From Salinivirgaceae bacterium (GTDB taxonomy: Bacteria; Bacteroidota; Bacteroidia; Bacteroidales; SZUA-534): a stretch of 64,000 nucleotides of DNA. The DNA is taken from positions 64,599-128,598 of the forward strand of contig JAFZKK010000161.1 in the NCBI GenBank assembly GCA_017551905.1. The letters are read 5' to 3'. The notes below the pieces were generated by a model that saw only the letters and a list, made by a program, of their open reading frames with translations, was not told the origin of the DNA and searched no databases. Both the position numbers and the translations under genes were made by a program. This document shows, piece by piece, positions 48,301-58,200 of the stretch; the first letter of the stretch is position 1, and each line of letters opens with the position of its first letter.

Positions 48301-49420
48301 TGAACAGATTCTCAGACTTTTTGGCGCTGCGCCCGGCCACGGCGAATTTGCTTTTAGCCGCTTTAGTGTTAGCGTTTTCGTTATAGTTATCGTCAACATA
48401 GATAGTCGAACCCGAGCCATCGATTGCGATTATGTTTTTGTCGCCTTTAGCCGAACGGCCCGCTACAGCAAAACGGCTTTTAGCCGCCTTAGTGTCAGCT
48501 TTAGTGTTATCGTTTTCGTTATAGTTATCGTCAACATATACAGTTGCGCCAGCGTTGTCAACGGTAAGAAGGTTGTTGCCTTTGGCTGAGCGTCCGGCCA
48601 CCGCGAATTTGCTTTTAGCCGCTTTAGCATCAGCGTCAGTGTTAGTGTTATCGTTGACATATATTGTCGAGCCCGAGCCGTCGATAGTGATTAAATTGTT
48701 GTCGCCTTTAGCTGAACGGCCCGCAACGGCGAATTTGCTCTTAGCAGCTTTAGCGCTTTGGTTATCGTCATCGTTAAAGTTATCGTCAACAAACACCGTT
48801 GTTCCTTCGGCGTCGATTGTCAGAAGGGTTTCCTCGCCCTTGTTTGCCGAGCGTCCGGCCACTGCAAATTTGCTCTTGGCAGCTTTTCCACTTTGGTTAT
48901 CGTTTTTGTTATCGTCAACATACACTTTTACACCTGTCTCGTAAACGGCGAACATAAGGTTGCCCTCGCTGTCGCGGACTTCAAAAATCGGGTCTTCGGA
49001 CGCCTCTTTTGGTTGGATGACAGTGGTGGTGCGGGCGGCGTACATGGTGTAGGGGACAGGCTGTATCTGCATCTGTCCTAAGTTCACGTAGTTTTCGGTG
49101 CCGTCGGTGCTTACCTCAATCTGCATCATTATCTGCATGGTCTCCCACGGAATGGCCGCAAAGCTGCCGGTTTTTGGCTCGCCTTCGCCAACATTCACGC
49201 TTATGTTGCCGTATGCGTTGGTTTTCACTTTTTGCAGTTCCTGATAGCAGACTTCGCTGCCGTTCAAGATGCTGATTAACAACGCGACGTCTTGGTTGCT
49301 GACTACCTCGCCGTTGTTACGGATAACCGATTGATAACTGAACGAATTTTGCGCTGTGGCCACAAATGACGCAACGGCCAAACCGGCTATTAACATCATG
49401 ATTGAGAATAATTTTTTCAT
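42344..49420 (-). CDS. giant secreted multidomain surface protein, paralog A (2358 aa)
   Basis: Approximate residue ranges:
- Signal peptide MKKLFSIMMLIAGLAVASFVATAQ and a conserved ~110-aa N-domain.
- 10 x ~40-aa KAAKS+FAVAGRSAK...TIDG.G.T.YVD repeats (140-563).
- Y/D/E-rich spacer.
- InlB-B-like repeat (840-907).
- PbH1/PMP beta-helix (GGGVY.., GGA[ILV], FxxN).
- SUMF1/FGE domain (1377-1629: GYRLPTEAEWEYIAREG, GNVWEWCWDWF, RVLRGGSF, GFRVVRT).
- Listeria-Bacteroides repeat (GYNFGGWYTDSNF...LYAKW).
- Second beta-helix.
- FISUMP-like C-terminal domain (WRTLSSSEWCYLF...GASVRLV).
No lipobox and no T9SS CTD. Confidence 0.85.
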   Translation of the reverse strand: MKKLFSIMMLIAGLAVASFVATAQNSFSYQSVIRNNGEVVSNQDVALLISILNGSEVCYQELQKVKTNAYGNISVNVGEGEPKTGSFAAIPWETMQIMMQIEVSTDGTENYVNLGQMQIQPVPYTMYAARTTTVIQPKEASEDPIFEVRDSEGNLMFAVYETGVKVYVDDNKNDNQSGKAAKSKFAVAGRSANKGEETLLTIDAEGTTVFVDDNFNDDDNQSAKAAKSKFAVAGRSAKGDNNLITIDGSGSTIYVNDNTNTDADAKAAKSKFAVAGRSAKGNNLLTVDNAGATVYVDDNYNENDNTKADTKAAKSRFAVAGRSAKGDKNIIAIDGSGSTIYVDDNYNENANTKAAKSKFAVAGRSAKKSENLFTIDGDGSTVYVDFNTDKAAKSRFAVAGRSAKGAEDALTIDGDQATFYIDIDNDNKNDDYNQNDKAAKSRFAVAGRSAKDVQTAFVVDGSGTLIYIDEWDDSKAAKSTFAVAGRTAQKTNSNFFVITKDSTRIYVNDVPTVDTVSGEVTTPTLASAFAVVGKKQNTDLLVVNRDSTIVKMNTYVEEQVQTTSGVVEKLPDDTKADKVYAKGRIGLSFLDEEGDDYSVDISYTYYHRGNNEYLYLKNYFDWDYYEYRTYWLVDGYIYSDSTYIKRDYYDASLQTIYQWDSDYKEDYTPQKWDGKDLLVILESELRQAGYKVNFENGVNTYYQEEENETWDVMQSQQNVVTAIYDNDIFKSRLATFNSLIDSTYGVSSNGLSIAKNLNEMEWMGEEEGYILLDTCVNEANILAKENGEYGFYVDYDYDDNGEYYEIYDTVKTEKEAFYYTGEFRKRTLAEIDAMFDNFNNLTVSVEANKPEWGTAEVVNAKAGYKYGDSITLKATPTEGQFFISWSDGNIEQEHIVRVTDNLTYKAIFGSHTNIYVDTEATETDQTDGSEEKPFATIGHAIDKIKELNNNSLRYTIIVKGMPNEAISIDDESYYDYENETYVENPFPAYSLTLQGAEEGENGIGSASYVISLLDINTNIPMELKDFTIRPTYDVYGSEGMALKVGYSANVTLSNVTIDGTNVSKSGTSYKGAVCVYGTLTMNDSKINNWKVGGAYVSGTLIMNGSSSIENCSVSSGICVESDGNITMNENAKINNCSASFYSGGVYMEGGSFEMNGNSSISYCQGGSNGGGGVYVQNATFTMNGGEISHNAIKVGNGYNGGGVYMKEGSKFIMNAGSISNNKGGGVYIYGSSCSSFGEFDMRGGTISDNKDETGSSASYGVYPFAGVVYGCNGDYKLHPGAGIFKMSGNAVVDQNNEVLLGYDDMTRNDEFAVSQAQIIIAGPLTHTGTVAKITPQNYGTNKPVLAVENNVSLADVYQKFDLTQQSTTTWTIGEDGFIHPDGFVEVQGAYFNSPDTVENSKVFIGQRKIAIQNLLVSDHEVTQNEYVAVMGVNPSQNKSDETGNYPVENVSWFDALAYCNTRSNAEGLTQCYKVNGSKNPTDWTPSKNATVECDFEANGYRLPTEAEWEYIAREGSNFSTFKFSGSDKLDDVAWHDGNSSGTTHEVKTRPKANILGIYDMSGNVWEWCWDWFGIIDTLTGATGPMPTPDSVRVLRGGSFANDDHDAECSVYFSDDNQSHLDRYGFRVVRTAISSDICYVKYLANSVNAISSTQSVWKGYYLQPYTPTKEGYNFGGWYTDSNFENPFDCSQPVTKTNIYLYAKWHPSLYVNSTSGNDETGTGSADKPYATLSKALEQVTKSNFEYTIVIDGELTGLQEVGSSVVAQKLTLKGKNDLQNGVPQDKLKGSNNGVVLTINNTTTPIVIEKLQITGGRSSQGGGIRNNGGTLTLDYGTLITGNSSNDAGANQGGAGLFTNGGSVTINSGAVISSNTANERGGGLALINDASVTLNGGEIKSNTAYRYGGAIMFCNGTGRSVFTMESGTISDNKVTATSGTDGFGGCVYITQGEFILKGGDIINNTAGNTGGAIHNDDTFTMLGGTLSGNKATNGNGGAINNYNTITITGGTISGNTATGVGNAIYHCNKENDGTFNMGGSAQISADNDVKLDANKTITITSAFDSNITCAATITPPSYTETTQVLNGDFVSSQYGKFEVKQENNEKVWVIGSTGYLVSVIGAINAKFSISADKQIYFSKGNLQYHAVNNQWQFASQQYEIIGANNSNISPTYNGWIDLFGWGTGNNPTESSTDNSYYQTFTDWGTNPIINGGNTGNQWRTLSSSEWCYLFCRESKSGIAKVNDVNGWILLPDNWVKPDDVDFIPGRQQISAPNNYADYSTGKINYSVSDWEKMEQAGAVFIPAASVRNLGDGPSSVDHFGYYWSNTNSDTDNAYMLQIDAISSDCNAWFKNYGASVRLVYEVK
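47740..49005 (-). repeat. intragenic array of ~40-aa (105-140 bp) repeats in paralog A
   Basis: 10 units, 8 of them with the near-invariant KAAKS[KR]FAVAGRSAK core. Confidence 0.85.
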
Positions 49421-49572
49421 ATCAATATAGCATTGAATAATAATTTCTTACGTGTGCATAGGGACTATCCGAATGCAAATTGCAATAATACAAATTATTT
49501 TAGGAATTATAATTCAGTGTTTTAGGATTTTATTTCTCTTCGGCAGGCACGGAGACCTGCGCACCTTCTCAC

Positions 49573-49612
49573 AAAAAAATCACCCTCCGCGGATTGTGGT
49601 GCGCGGAGGGTG
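49573..49612 (-). terminator. intrinsic terminator of giant gene B
   Basis: The minus strand reads CACCCTCCGCG-caccacaat-CGCGGAGGGTG followed by ATTTTTTT. Confidence 0.85.
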
Positions 49613-49642
49613 GTTTGGCAATTTGGGTTGGCATCAGTTACA

Positions 49643-52600
49643 TCAGAACTCTTCTTCAAACTTTTGGTCTTCTGACCAACTTGTCAAATTGTCTGTGCTT
49701 GTGCCGTATTTTCCTCCAGCGTATATGTACACTTGACTTGCACCGTTATCAGTACTTCCAGAATATATATTATCTTTTACAACGCCTCCAACTTTTATGA
49801 ATGTGCCTTTTGAAAATACTGTAACACCACCACCACCCGCATCATTATTATTGTTATTTGATATTTCGCCACCTTTCATAATGAAAGTGCCCATAATGCA
49901 AACACCGCCTATATTACCGGTTATTAAACCTCTTTCCATCACAAATGTTCCACCCTCGAATGCATAAACCGCTCCACGGCTTGACGCATTGCCCTGGCTA
50001 TATGTAATGGTTCCTCCATCTAATACAACTTTTCCTTTAGAACGAGCGCGTATTGCATTCCAATGGATATTATAATAGTATCCACTAATAGTAACATTCG
50101 GACCGATGATAAGCGTTCCTGACACATTGAAAAAACAGCCATTTAAACTACTAGTAGTTGTGAGTGTTACAGGGGTTTCCGCTGTAAGAACAAGTGTTTT
50201 CCCAGCAGGCACTTCGACAACAACGTCTCTTCCATCGCCACTAAAATTACCACCATTCGAATAACTACTAAGAGGTTTCAAAGCAAAATCAGACCCTATT
50301 TTGGCGACAATCCTTTTGGCTTGACCACTCATAGCGGTGCCAAAAATTGTTGATTCAGATTGATTGTTTACTGTTATTGTATTAACCTTTTCTACAGTTC
50401 CATCTGTGTCAATAAAATATTCTTCGATAAGATTATTTTCAATGTAGCTTTCGTCATTTTGCACTAACGCAAACTTGGCGGCATTGTCAGCCAACGTGGC
50501 ATTATCGGCAGCTGCAAGTGCAGGAGTACCGGGTGTGTAGCTTGTTGGCAGAATGGTTGCCGCAATCTCTTTAGTAAGCGGACTGATGATGTTGACTTTA
50601 TGTGCATCTATCAACTGCACAACGTTATCGCTCGCAATATATGCGCTATCGCCAATATTGAAGTTCGATGATTCAACTCGTATTCCGTAACCACTACCAT
50701 TGGGGCTGTTGTCAGGATTGGCTGTATTGCCCGAAATGGTGCCTCCTGTCATATTGAAAGTGCCAGTTCCACTAGCAACCTTAACAGCGCCACCTTGGCT
50801 TCCTTCTGTGTAGTTGCCAATTATTGATGCTGTGCCATGCATATTAAATACACCAGTCACCCCAATATATACACCACCGCCAGCATGACCATATCCATTC
50901 TGGAATACGGTAACTTTATTGTAAGAAATTGTTCCTCCGCTCATTGTGAAAGTGCCTATAATCTCAATACCGCCGGCAAAATTTTCAGTTTCGTTGTGAC
51001 TAATTTCGCCGTCAGTCATTTCCGCCATGGCACCATTTTCTATCCAAACGCCACCAGCTTCAACTTTGCCGCAGTTATACACAATTTTAGATTCGGATTC
51101 GATATATAAATTACCTCCGGAATTAACATAAATGCCTCCTCCATGTTCCGTAGCATAGTTATGGCCAATAACCGAGCCTTTTTTAAGTGTGAGTGTGCCA
51201 CCATCGACATAGACACCGCCACCTTTTTTGGCTTTATTGGCATAAGTTGTTGCATTGGCTACAGTTGTAACAGTGTCACCAACAAATACGCTATCGAGAG
51301 TGACATTGGCGCTGCTGCCGATATAGAGTCCGCCACCGTTGCCTTCGGAATTAATACCACCGGTAATTGTCAGATTCGCAATCGAAACAGGCACAATAGT
51401 GTTAATAGTGAGCACAGAGCCTGAGTTGTTGCCGTTAAGTTTGGTGCCATTTTCTAATCCACGAATGGTTATTGATTTGGCTGTAATATTCTCTACAATT
51501 TGTGGTCCTTCAATATTATGGTTCTCTCCATCTAAATATATAGTATAGCTGTTGTCGGCATTCATTTTTTCAAAAGCCTTAGCAAGAGAGGGCAGCGGTT
51601 CTTCGGATGACAGACCAGTGTTTCCTTCTTGTCCGGTTGATGTATTAACAAACAATTCATTTTTCTTTATTGTTCCGTCTTCATTTATAGAATAATAACT
51701 GTTGGTTAGAATGAATTTTTTTGATTCTTCGGCAATATTAATTGCTGAAGAATAGATGTTTATCTGGAAATCCCTATTATAATTGGACAGCCCGATTTTA
51801 ATTCTATTATCATCAGTAATGCCAGTAATATTGCCATTTAAACTTAGATATGGAGAATAAATACCATGGTATTCAAAATAAATATCTCCAATGCCACTTA
51901 AGTCAGTACTTGTTATCACACCATTATTTGGCCAGTCACCTATGTATAGATAAGATTCCAAATATAAGTCGTTACCTATGCCGCTAGTTGCAATGTTTCC
52001 CTTAATTGAGCCTCCAGTAATAAGCGTAGTACTACCTTGGGGATGGTCAGTAATACCACCTCCGTTTTTTGCAATATTGCCAGTTATAACTGCTCCTGGT
52101 TCGATGCGAACATAAGTCGCGCAATTATAAATGCCACCTCCGTCACTTGTTGACTCTTTTGTGCCATTGCCAGTTATTAGCGTACCATTACCTATTATTT
52201 TTTTATCAGAAGAGCCTCCCCATGCAAATATGCCGTTCTCACTTCCGCCTGTTATTTTCAAATTTTCAATGGTTACACTATTTATTTTATATATGCCAAG
52301 AGCGAAATCGTCGCCATTGCCGTCAAGCACATCTTGAGGTTCCTCGCCAGCAACAGGTGCTGTTGCGCCAATTAGCAATATGTTTTTACTAATCGAATAT
52401 CTAGGGCTATTTTCTCCTATTGCTTGAGAACCGGTTAATTTCCCGCGAACCTTAATTGTATAATTTTCGACTGTATTGATATTTTCCAACGATTTGATTA
52501 TGCCGGCTGCATCAGCAAGTTTGGTGAAAGGTTTTTCGGGCGTTCCGTCTCTATCAGTATCAGCAACATCCGGCGTGTCTTCCGAAACATAGAAAGTAGT

Positions 52601-55060
52601 GCGTATAAAACTTGCCGATATTGTTTGTTTGTTTAAAACATAAAGCTTGCGCGGATTTTCGGTGTTGCCATCGCTCCAACCTGCAAACCCGAAATTTTCA
52701 TCGGGGTGATTTGCAGTTATTATTAGAGAATCGGCGTAATGGCAATTCACTTGTAAGTTTGCGCCTGTTTGTGTCTCATTGTTTGCTGATACAGTAACCG
52801 CCCCTCCGTTGGAAGCCAAAACAGAAACTTCAAAGCCGTTTTGCAACACAAGGAACATGCTGTCAATTTCTGCTAAAGTATACTTGCGCTGTTCGTTTTT
52901 ATATTTGAAAACAGTATCTTCTTTTTGGGCAATTACACTACATAAAACATCATCGTAATTATAATACTCTATTCCATTTTCTCCATTTTCCTCTTTCAGT
53001 ATGTTTTTTACCGTAACACTATCGTCAAGTAAAATATAACCTTTTTCCCACTCTATATCCATAACATCATCGATACTATATCCATTCCCTGTTACGCATA
53101 TAGAAGGTTCGAGCAGGTTTACAATAGTTGTCAGGTTATTTTTAAACATATCCAAATCGGATATTGAGGTTACTATGTTTTTTTCTGTCAGCAAAACATC
53201 TCTTTCTTCATTGTCTGGTTCATAATAATGGTTGACACCATCTTCAAATCTTACCTTATAGCCAATATTTCGAATCTTACTTTCAAGTATCGTAAACAAA
53301 CCATCGTCAGGTTTTCTATCCGTAACAAATTTGTCTCTATCATAGGTCCTGGAAATCATTAAACACAAAAAATCATCGCGCCAATCAGCAAATATTGGTT
53401 TGGCTATACTGTAATAGTAATCTTGCAAGTATATTGTGTCGCTGTAAATTTTATCGTTAACAAGCCAATAGTTGCGATGCTCATATATATAACCATCCAA
53501 ATTATGCATCAAATACAAATATTCGTTGCCTTTTTCATTACAATAGTATGTATAACCAACACTGTCACAAATCGTATAATCTGGAGAACCAGAATATTGC
53601 CACTTCAATTTAAAACCACCAGTTGCATAAACCTTACTTGGCTTTGTATCATCAACCACCTTCTCAACCACACCGGTTGTGCTCTGTACTTGCTCTTCAA
53701 CGTAGGTGTTCATCTTTACGATGGTACTGTCGCGGTTAACAACAAGCATGTCAGTTTTTTGTGTCATGCCGACAACAGCGAAAGCTGAATACAAACTTGG
53801 AGCAACAACCGGAGCAGAGCCGGGCTCAGTGCTGGTGGTGTCAGCAGTTGTAGGCTCATCGTTCACGTATATGCGGGTGCTGTCGCGATGGATTAAGAAG
53901 AAGTTGTTGTTGCCTTTTTGTGTCGATTGGCCAGCTACGGCAAAGGTGCTTTTTGCCGCTTTGTCACCTTCAAGGTCATCAATGTAGATGACTGTTCCCG
54001 TGCCGTCAACCACAAAGGCTGTCTGTGCCGATTTGTCGGCTGAACGGCCTGCTACAGCGAATGAGCTTTTTGCGGCTTTATCGTTATCGTCAGCATCGAC
54101 ATAGAATGTGGCGCTGCCGCCGTCGATGCTCAGCACTTGTGAGGCGGATTTCGAAGCGTTATCGTTGAAATCGACATACAGCGTCGAGTTGTTGTTGTCG
54201 ATTGTGTAATTGTTTCCTGATTTTTTGCTCTTGGCTGAGTGTCCCGCCACAGCGAACTTACTCTTTGCAGCCTTGCCTTCGGTGTCTTGGTCAACGTAAA
54301 TGGTTGAACCTGAGCCGTCAATCGTCAGCAATTCTTTATTGCCTTTGCTTTCAAGACTTGCCACCGCAAATTTGCTCTTAGCCGCCTTGTTAGCGTCAGT
54401 GTTAGCGTTTTCGTTATCGTTATCGTCAACAAACACCGTTGTTCCGTCGGCGTCGATGGTCAGAAGATTCCGCTCTCCCTTGCTTGCTGTTAGTCCGGCT
54501 ACTGCGAATTTGCTTTTGGCGGCCTTCGAGTTATCGTCATCGTTTTTGTTATCGTCAACAAAGACCTTGACACCAGTCTCGTAAACGGCGAACATCAAGT
54601 TGCCTTCGCTGTCGCGGACTTCAAAAATCGGGTCTTCGCTCGCTTCTTCCGGCTGGATGACAGTGGTGGTGCGGGCTGCGTACATGGTGTAGGGGACAGG
54701 CTGTATCTGCATCTGTCCTAAGTTCACGTAGTTTTCGGTGCCGTCGGTGCTGACTTCAATCTGCATCATTATCTGCATGGTCTCCCACGGAATGGCCGCA
54801 AAGCTGCCGGTTTTTGGCTCGCCCTCGCCAACGTTTACGCTGATGTTGCCATAGGCGTTGGTTTTCACTTTCTGAACTTCTTGATAGCAGACTTCGCTGC
54901 CGTTCAGGATACTGATTAACAACGCTACGTCTTGGTCGCTGACAACCTCGCCGTTGTTGCGGATAACCGATTGATAACTAAATGAGTTTTGCGCTGTGGC
55001 TACAAATGATGCCATAGCCAATCCGGCAATTAGCATCAGGGTTGATAATAGTTTTTTCAT
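49643..55060 (-). CDS. giant secreted multidomain surface protein, paralog B (1805 aa)
   Basis: The N-terminal ~140 aa are near-identical to A and C. Then ~8 KAAKS-type repeats (one truncated), a spacer, an InlB-B-like repeat (~744-807), and three PbH1/PMP-type beta-helix blocks (GGGIYN, GGGLYI, GGGVYV, GGVWI, GGGVTV). No SUMF1 domain, no CTD, no lipobox. Confidence 0.85.
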   Translation of the reverse strand: MKKLLSTLMLIAGLAMASFVATAQNSFSYQSVIRNNGEVVSDQDVALLISILNGSEVCYQEVQKVKTNAYGNISVNVGEGEPKTGSFAAIPWETMQIMMQIEVSTDGTENYVNLGQMQIQPVPYTMYAARTTTVIQPEEASEDPIFEVRDSEGNLMFAVYETGVKVFVDDNKNDDDNSKAAKSKFAVAGLTASKGERNLLTIDADGTTVFVDDNDNENANTDANKAAKSKFAVASLESKGNKELLTIDGSGSTIYVDQDTEGKAAKSKFAVAGHSAKSKKSGNNYTIDNNNSTLYVDFNDNASKSASQVLSIDGGSATFYVDADDNDKAAKSSFAVAGRSADKSAQTAFVVDGTGTVIYIDDLEGDKAAKSTFAVAGQSTQKGNNNFFLIHRDSTRIYVNDEPTTADTTSTEPGSAPVVAPSLYSAFAVVGMTQKTDMLVVNRDSTIVKMNTYVEEQVQSTTGVVEKVVDDTKPSKVYATGGFKLKWQYSGSPDYTICDSVGYTYYCNEKGNEYLYLMHNLDGYIYEHRNYWLVNDKIYSDTIYLQDYYYSIAKPIFADWRDDFLCLMISRTYDRDKFVTDRKPDDGLFTILESKIRNIGYKVRFEDGVNHYYEPDNEERDVLLTEKNIVTSISDLDMFKNNLTTIVNLLEPSICVTGNGYSIDDVMDIEWEKGYILLDDSVTVKNILKEENGENGIEYYNYDDVLCSVIAQKEDTVFKYKNEQRKYTLAEIDSMFLVLQNGFEVSVLASNGGAVTVSANNETQTGANLQVNCHYADSLIITANHPDENFGFAGWSDGNTENPRKLYVLNKQTISASFIRTTFYVSEDTPDVADTDRDGTPEKPFTKLADAAGIIKSLENINTVENYTIKVRGKLTGSQAIGENSPRYSISKNILLIGATAPVAGEEPQDVLDGNGDDFALGIYKINSVTIENLKITGGSENGIFAWGGSSDKKIIGNGTLITGNGTKESTSDGGGIYNCATYVRIEPGAVITGNIAKNGGGITDHPQGSTTLITGGSIKGNIATSGIGNDLYLESYLYIGDWPNNGVITSTDLSGIGDIYFEYHGIYSPYLSLNGNITGITDDNRIKIGLSNYNRDFQINIYSSAINIAEESKKFILTNSYYSINEDGTIKKNELFVNTSTGQEGNTGLSSEEPLPSLAKAFEKMNADNSYTIYLDGENHNIEGPQIVENITAKSITIRGLENGTKLNGNNSGSVLTINTIVPVSIANLTITGGINSEGNGGGLYIGSSANVTLDSVFVGDTVTTVANATTYANKAKKGGGVYVDGGTLTLKKGSVIGHNYATEHGGGIYVNSGGNLYIESESKIVYNCGKVEAGGVWIENGAMAEMTDGEISHNETENFAGGIEIIGTFTMSGGTISYNKVTVFQNGYGHAGGGVYIGVTGVFNMHGTASIIGNYTEGSQGGAVKVASGTGTFNMTGGTISGNTANPDNSPNGSGYGIRVESSNFNIGDSAYIASDNVVQLIDAHKVNIISPLTKEIAATILPTSYTPGTPALAAADNATLADNAAKFALVQNDESYIENNLIEEYFIDTDGTVEKVNTITVNNQSESTIFGTAMSGQAKRIVAKIGSDFALKPLSSYSNGGNFSGDGRDVVVEVPAGKTLVLTAETPVTLTTTSSLNGCFFNVSGTLIIGPNVTISGYYYNIHWNAIRARSKGKVVLDGGTITYSQGNASSRGAVYAFEGGTFVMERGLITGNIGGVCIMGTFIMKGGEISNNNNNDAGGGGVTVFSKGTFIKVGGVVKDNIYSGSTDNGASQVYIYAGGKYGTSTDNLTSWSEDQKFEEEF
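53690..54645 (-). repeat. intragenic KAAKS-type repeat array in paralog B
   Basis: About 8 units. They are less regular than in A or C (AGLTAS, ASLESK, AGHSAK, AGRSAD, AGQSTQ variants). Confidence 0.8.
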
Positions 55061-55213
55061 ATCAATATGGCATTGATTAATAATTGCTTACGCATGCATG
55101 GGAAATATCCGAATGCAACCTACAATAATACAAATTATTTTAAATATTCAAATTCAGAGTTTTAGGAATTTTAAAACTCTTCCGCAGGCGCAGAGGTTTG
55201 CGCCACAACAAAT

Positions 55214-55253
55214 AAAAAAAACACCCTCCGCGGATTGTGTAGCGCAGAGGGTG
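55214..55253 (-). terminator. intrinsic terminator of giant gene C
   Basis: The minus strand reads ACACCCTCTGCG-ctacacaat-CGCGGAGGGTGT followed by TTTTTTTT. One stem mismatch relative to the A and B copies. Confidence 0.8.
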
Positions 55254-55280
55254 TTGATGCTTGCAAGTTTATGCTATCAA

Positions 55281-58200
55281 TTAGAACGCTCCATTCTTTG
55301 TCTCGTTAACCACCACTCCATCAACAGTGCAGTTTGTCAATATGCCTTGACCACCCCTCAGGAACACATTGTTTGCCAAATACGAATCACCATCAACATC
55401 AACCCATTGGCCTTGATTATTCGTGAATGAGCAGTTGGATATATTAAGTTTTCCTGAAGAGAAGAAATCAATCGCCCCAGCAGTACCTCCACTTTTAGCT
55501 TTGTTCCCTGTGAAAGTGCAGTTGTCAATTGTTACTATTACATCATCAGGAGCATGAAGGTTCATAGCGCCGCCAAAACTTGCCATTCCGCCAGAGAAGC
55601 TGCAACCTTCGATTGTCAGTTCTAGACCTTGCGTTTTGTGCAAGAAGGCCGCAATAAAACCACCACTCGTGGTTTCTTGAGAGCTGCCGTTGGTGATTTC
55701 GAACGTTGAGTTTTTAACAGACATTTTTCCATAACCTCTAACATATAAAGCACCGCCGTCATTCCCCCAACTTCCTGAAGCATCACAGTTTCTGAAAGTG
55801 CAGTTTTCAATTGTGAGCGACGGAAGATTTTCGGCAGGCTCCATTTCATCATCCTCCTGCAAGTCTTTGCCTATCAGTTTCAACATGCCTCCGCAGTCTG
55901 AAAGCGCATAGCCTTCTTCAAAATTCACATTTTTAATGACAATGTCGTTTGTTTCGCTTTGAATAGAAATACGGTAATATTCATTTCCACTAATATTAAT
56001 CTTGTGGTTGGCATCCTTACCCGAGAAACCTCGGGTGAGTGTGATGTTTTCGCTAAGACTTATTGTTGTTGAAATACCTGATGCATTCACCGAGTTGATA
56101 GCCGAATGCAGACTGCTTGCAGAGTTTATTGTTTGTGTCAAATACCCTTCATCGCTGATTGCCCAAAGTGTGTTGCCATTTGGTGTTACCGCAAATCTGC
56201 CAGCATTGTCTTCCAACGAAACACCATTGGCTACTGAAAGCACTGGGGTGGTTGTATAGCTTGCGGGTGTAATTGTTGCCACCGGTGCAGTGTGTTTGAG
56301 TTCGCTAGTAACTTTTATAGTACCACTTTGTGGCAGCCAAACATCGTTCTGTTTAAGTCCGCTGCAAGGGATATAGGCACTATCGCCAATTTGGAAATAG
56401 GCACCTGCAGAATTATAACTTATTGCACCTCCTCTTTCTTCAACTGTGTTGCCAGAAAGAATTCCTCCATGCATATCAAATGTTCCGCTACCGATGCCAA
56501 CGCCACCACCTTGAACGGTTGCCGAGTTATTGTTTATCTGTGCATTTCCGCTTATAGTTACGGTGCCACAGTCAATGTAAATTCCGCCACCAGATTCATT
56601 CCTATTCGAAACTTTGCCAGTAACCGAGTTGCCGCTTACCGAGCCGCCAGTCATAACCATTTTCGTTGAAGCGGGATTATCTCCATTGTTCGAGAAGAAT
56701 ACTCCACCGCCCCAACCTTTGGCTTCGTTGTTATCAATGTTTCCTCCACTTATATAGAGTTCCGCCCCATCGTATAATGCAATTCCTCCGCCACGCGCCG
56801 AACTATAATTGTACATCACCTTCGCACCTGCCATAACTGTGATTGTTCCACCATAGCAGGAAATACCCGCACCTGCCTCCCCTTCAGAATACGACACTGA
56901 TGCATAGTTGTGGCATACCATAGAGCCATCACCAAGTATGAGGTTGCCGCCACCGTTGTAAATACCACCACCACGCTTTCCTTGGTTTCCATAACTACTT
57001 TCTGTTGCCACCGATGTTGCTGCCTCACCCACAAGAGCTCCAAAACTGAGAGTTACATGGCTACCGCTGCACATATTGATTCCACCGCCATTTGTGTCGT
57101 ATCCTTTAGTAATCTGCAACTTGCGGATTGTCACAGGAACTGTAGTGCTGACAGTGAGCTCCGTACTTGATTTATATCCAACGAGCTTGTCCTGCGGAAC
57201 ACCATAGCCGTCGAGACCGTTCAATCCGCAGAGTGTGATGCTGCTGGCCTTGCCATTTAGGTCGGCGGGAAGTGTCTGCGGTCCGTTAAGTGTACCGCTG
57301 ATGTAAATTGTGTAGTTGAGACTCGGATTGTCATTTTCCACAATCTTACTCAAAGCGGCCGCAAGCGTTGGCAGAGCATCATCGGCAGACAAGCCTGCGC
57401 CATTCTTGTTGGGATTCACATAATAGCTCATTGGTTTCAATGTGAAGTAGCCGGGCTGTCCGTTCAAACCATCGATGCGAGCGCGGGTGGCATCTTTAAC
57501 ATTGCTGGTGTCGCATTTTGTGCCGTTGCCGCCTTTCAGCGAATTGCATTCGGAAAACATTGATGACGAATTCTCCAATTTGGTGCTTGCACTCCAATTG
57601 GCTCCCAGGGCAGCGTAGATGGTGGTGAGTGCCGAGCAACCATTGAACATCAGGTTCATATTGGTAGCATTGTCTGTGTTGAGTCTGCTCAAATCGAGCG
57701 TGGTGAGTAACGAGCATTTAAAGAACATACTGCTCATATCAGTAACCCCTTCGGTGTTGATGCCGCGTAAATCGGCCGAAACAAGTTTTTGACAAAGGAA
57801 GAACATATCTTTGCAATCCTCACCCGTCAAAACAATATTTGCCACCTTTGGCACCACAAGGCTGAATTTGGCATTCTCATTACTGTTGTTCTTTATGGCG
57901 TTGATGATTGTGCCCTCGGTACTGGCATTGCCTAAAGCGGCTGCAGAAACGGCACTCGTGAGCACTACACCGATGCTGTCGGTGGCACCAAGGATGGCGG
58001 CAATGGTTGAGGCACTATCGGGGTACATGACTCCGCCAACCACTGCGTAGAGCGGCTTGGCTGTGCGTACAACGCGGAAGCCAAAATGCCAAGTCTTATC
58101 ATACGGGGCGTTGCCACCTCTTGATTTCACATTACACCAATCGTTATGACTATACTCAAGTGGATTACACTTCACCGAGCCGCCGCGCACGTTGAGGCTG

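Noticed and set aside
48555-48944. Plus-strand ORFs with repeated '...RPATANLLLAAL...' peptides opposite the KAAKS repeat arrays (also 54300-54584, 62674-63180).
   Set aside because: They are mirror images of the minus-strand repeat arrays. The periodicity comes from the sense-strand repeats, which belong to long intact ORFs with signal peptides.
47740-49005. Whether the regular ~105-140-bp repeats could be a CRISPR array or satellite.
   Set aside because: The repeats are in frame within a 2358-aa ORF. The 'spacers' are conserved at protein level, no short palindromic repeat of fixed length is present, and there are no cas genes.
49421-49572. Canonical TAnnTTTG promoter in the conserved leaders of giant genes A and B.
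   Set aside because: Only imperfect matches exist (ATAATTTG, GCAATTTG). A promoter must be present but I cannot place it from sequence.
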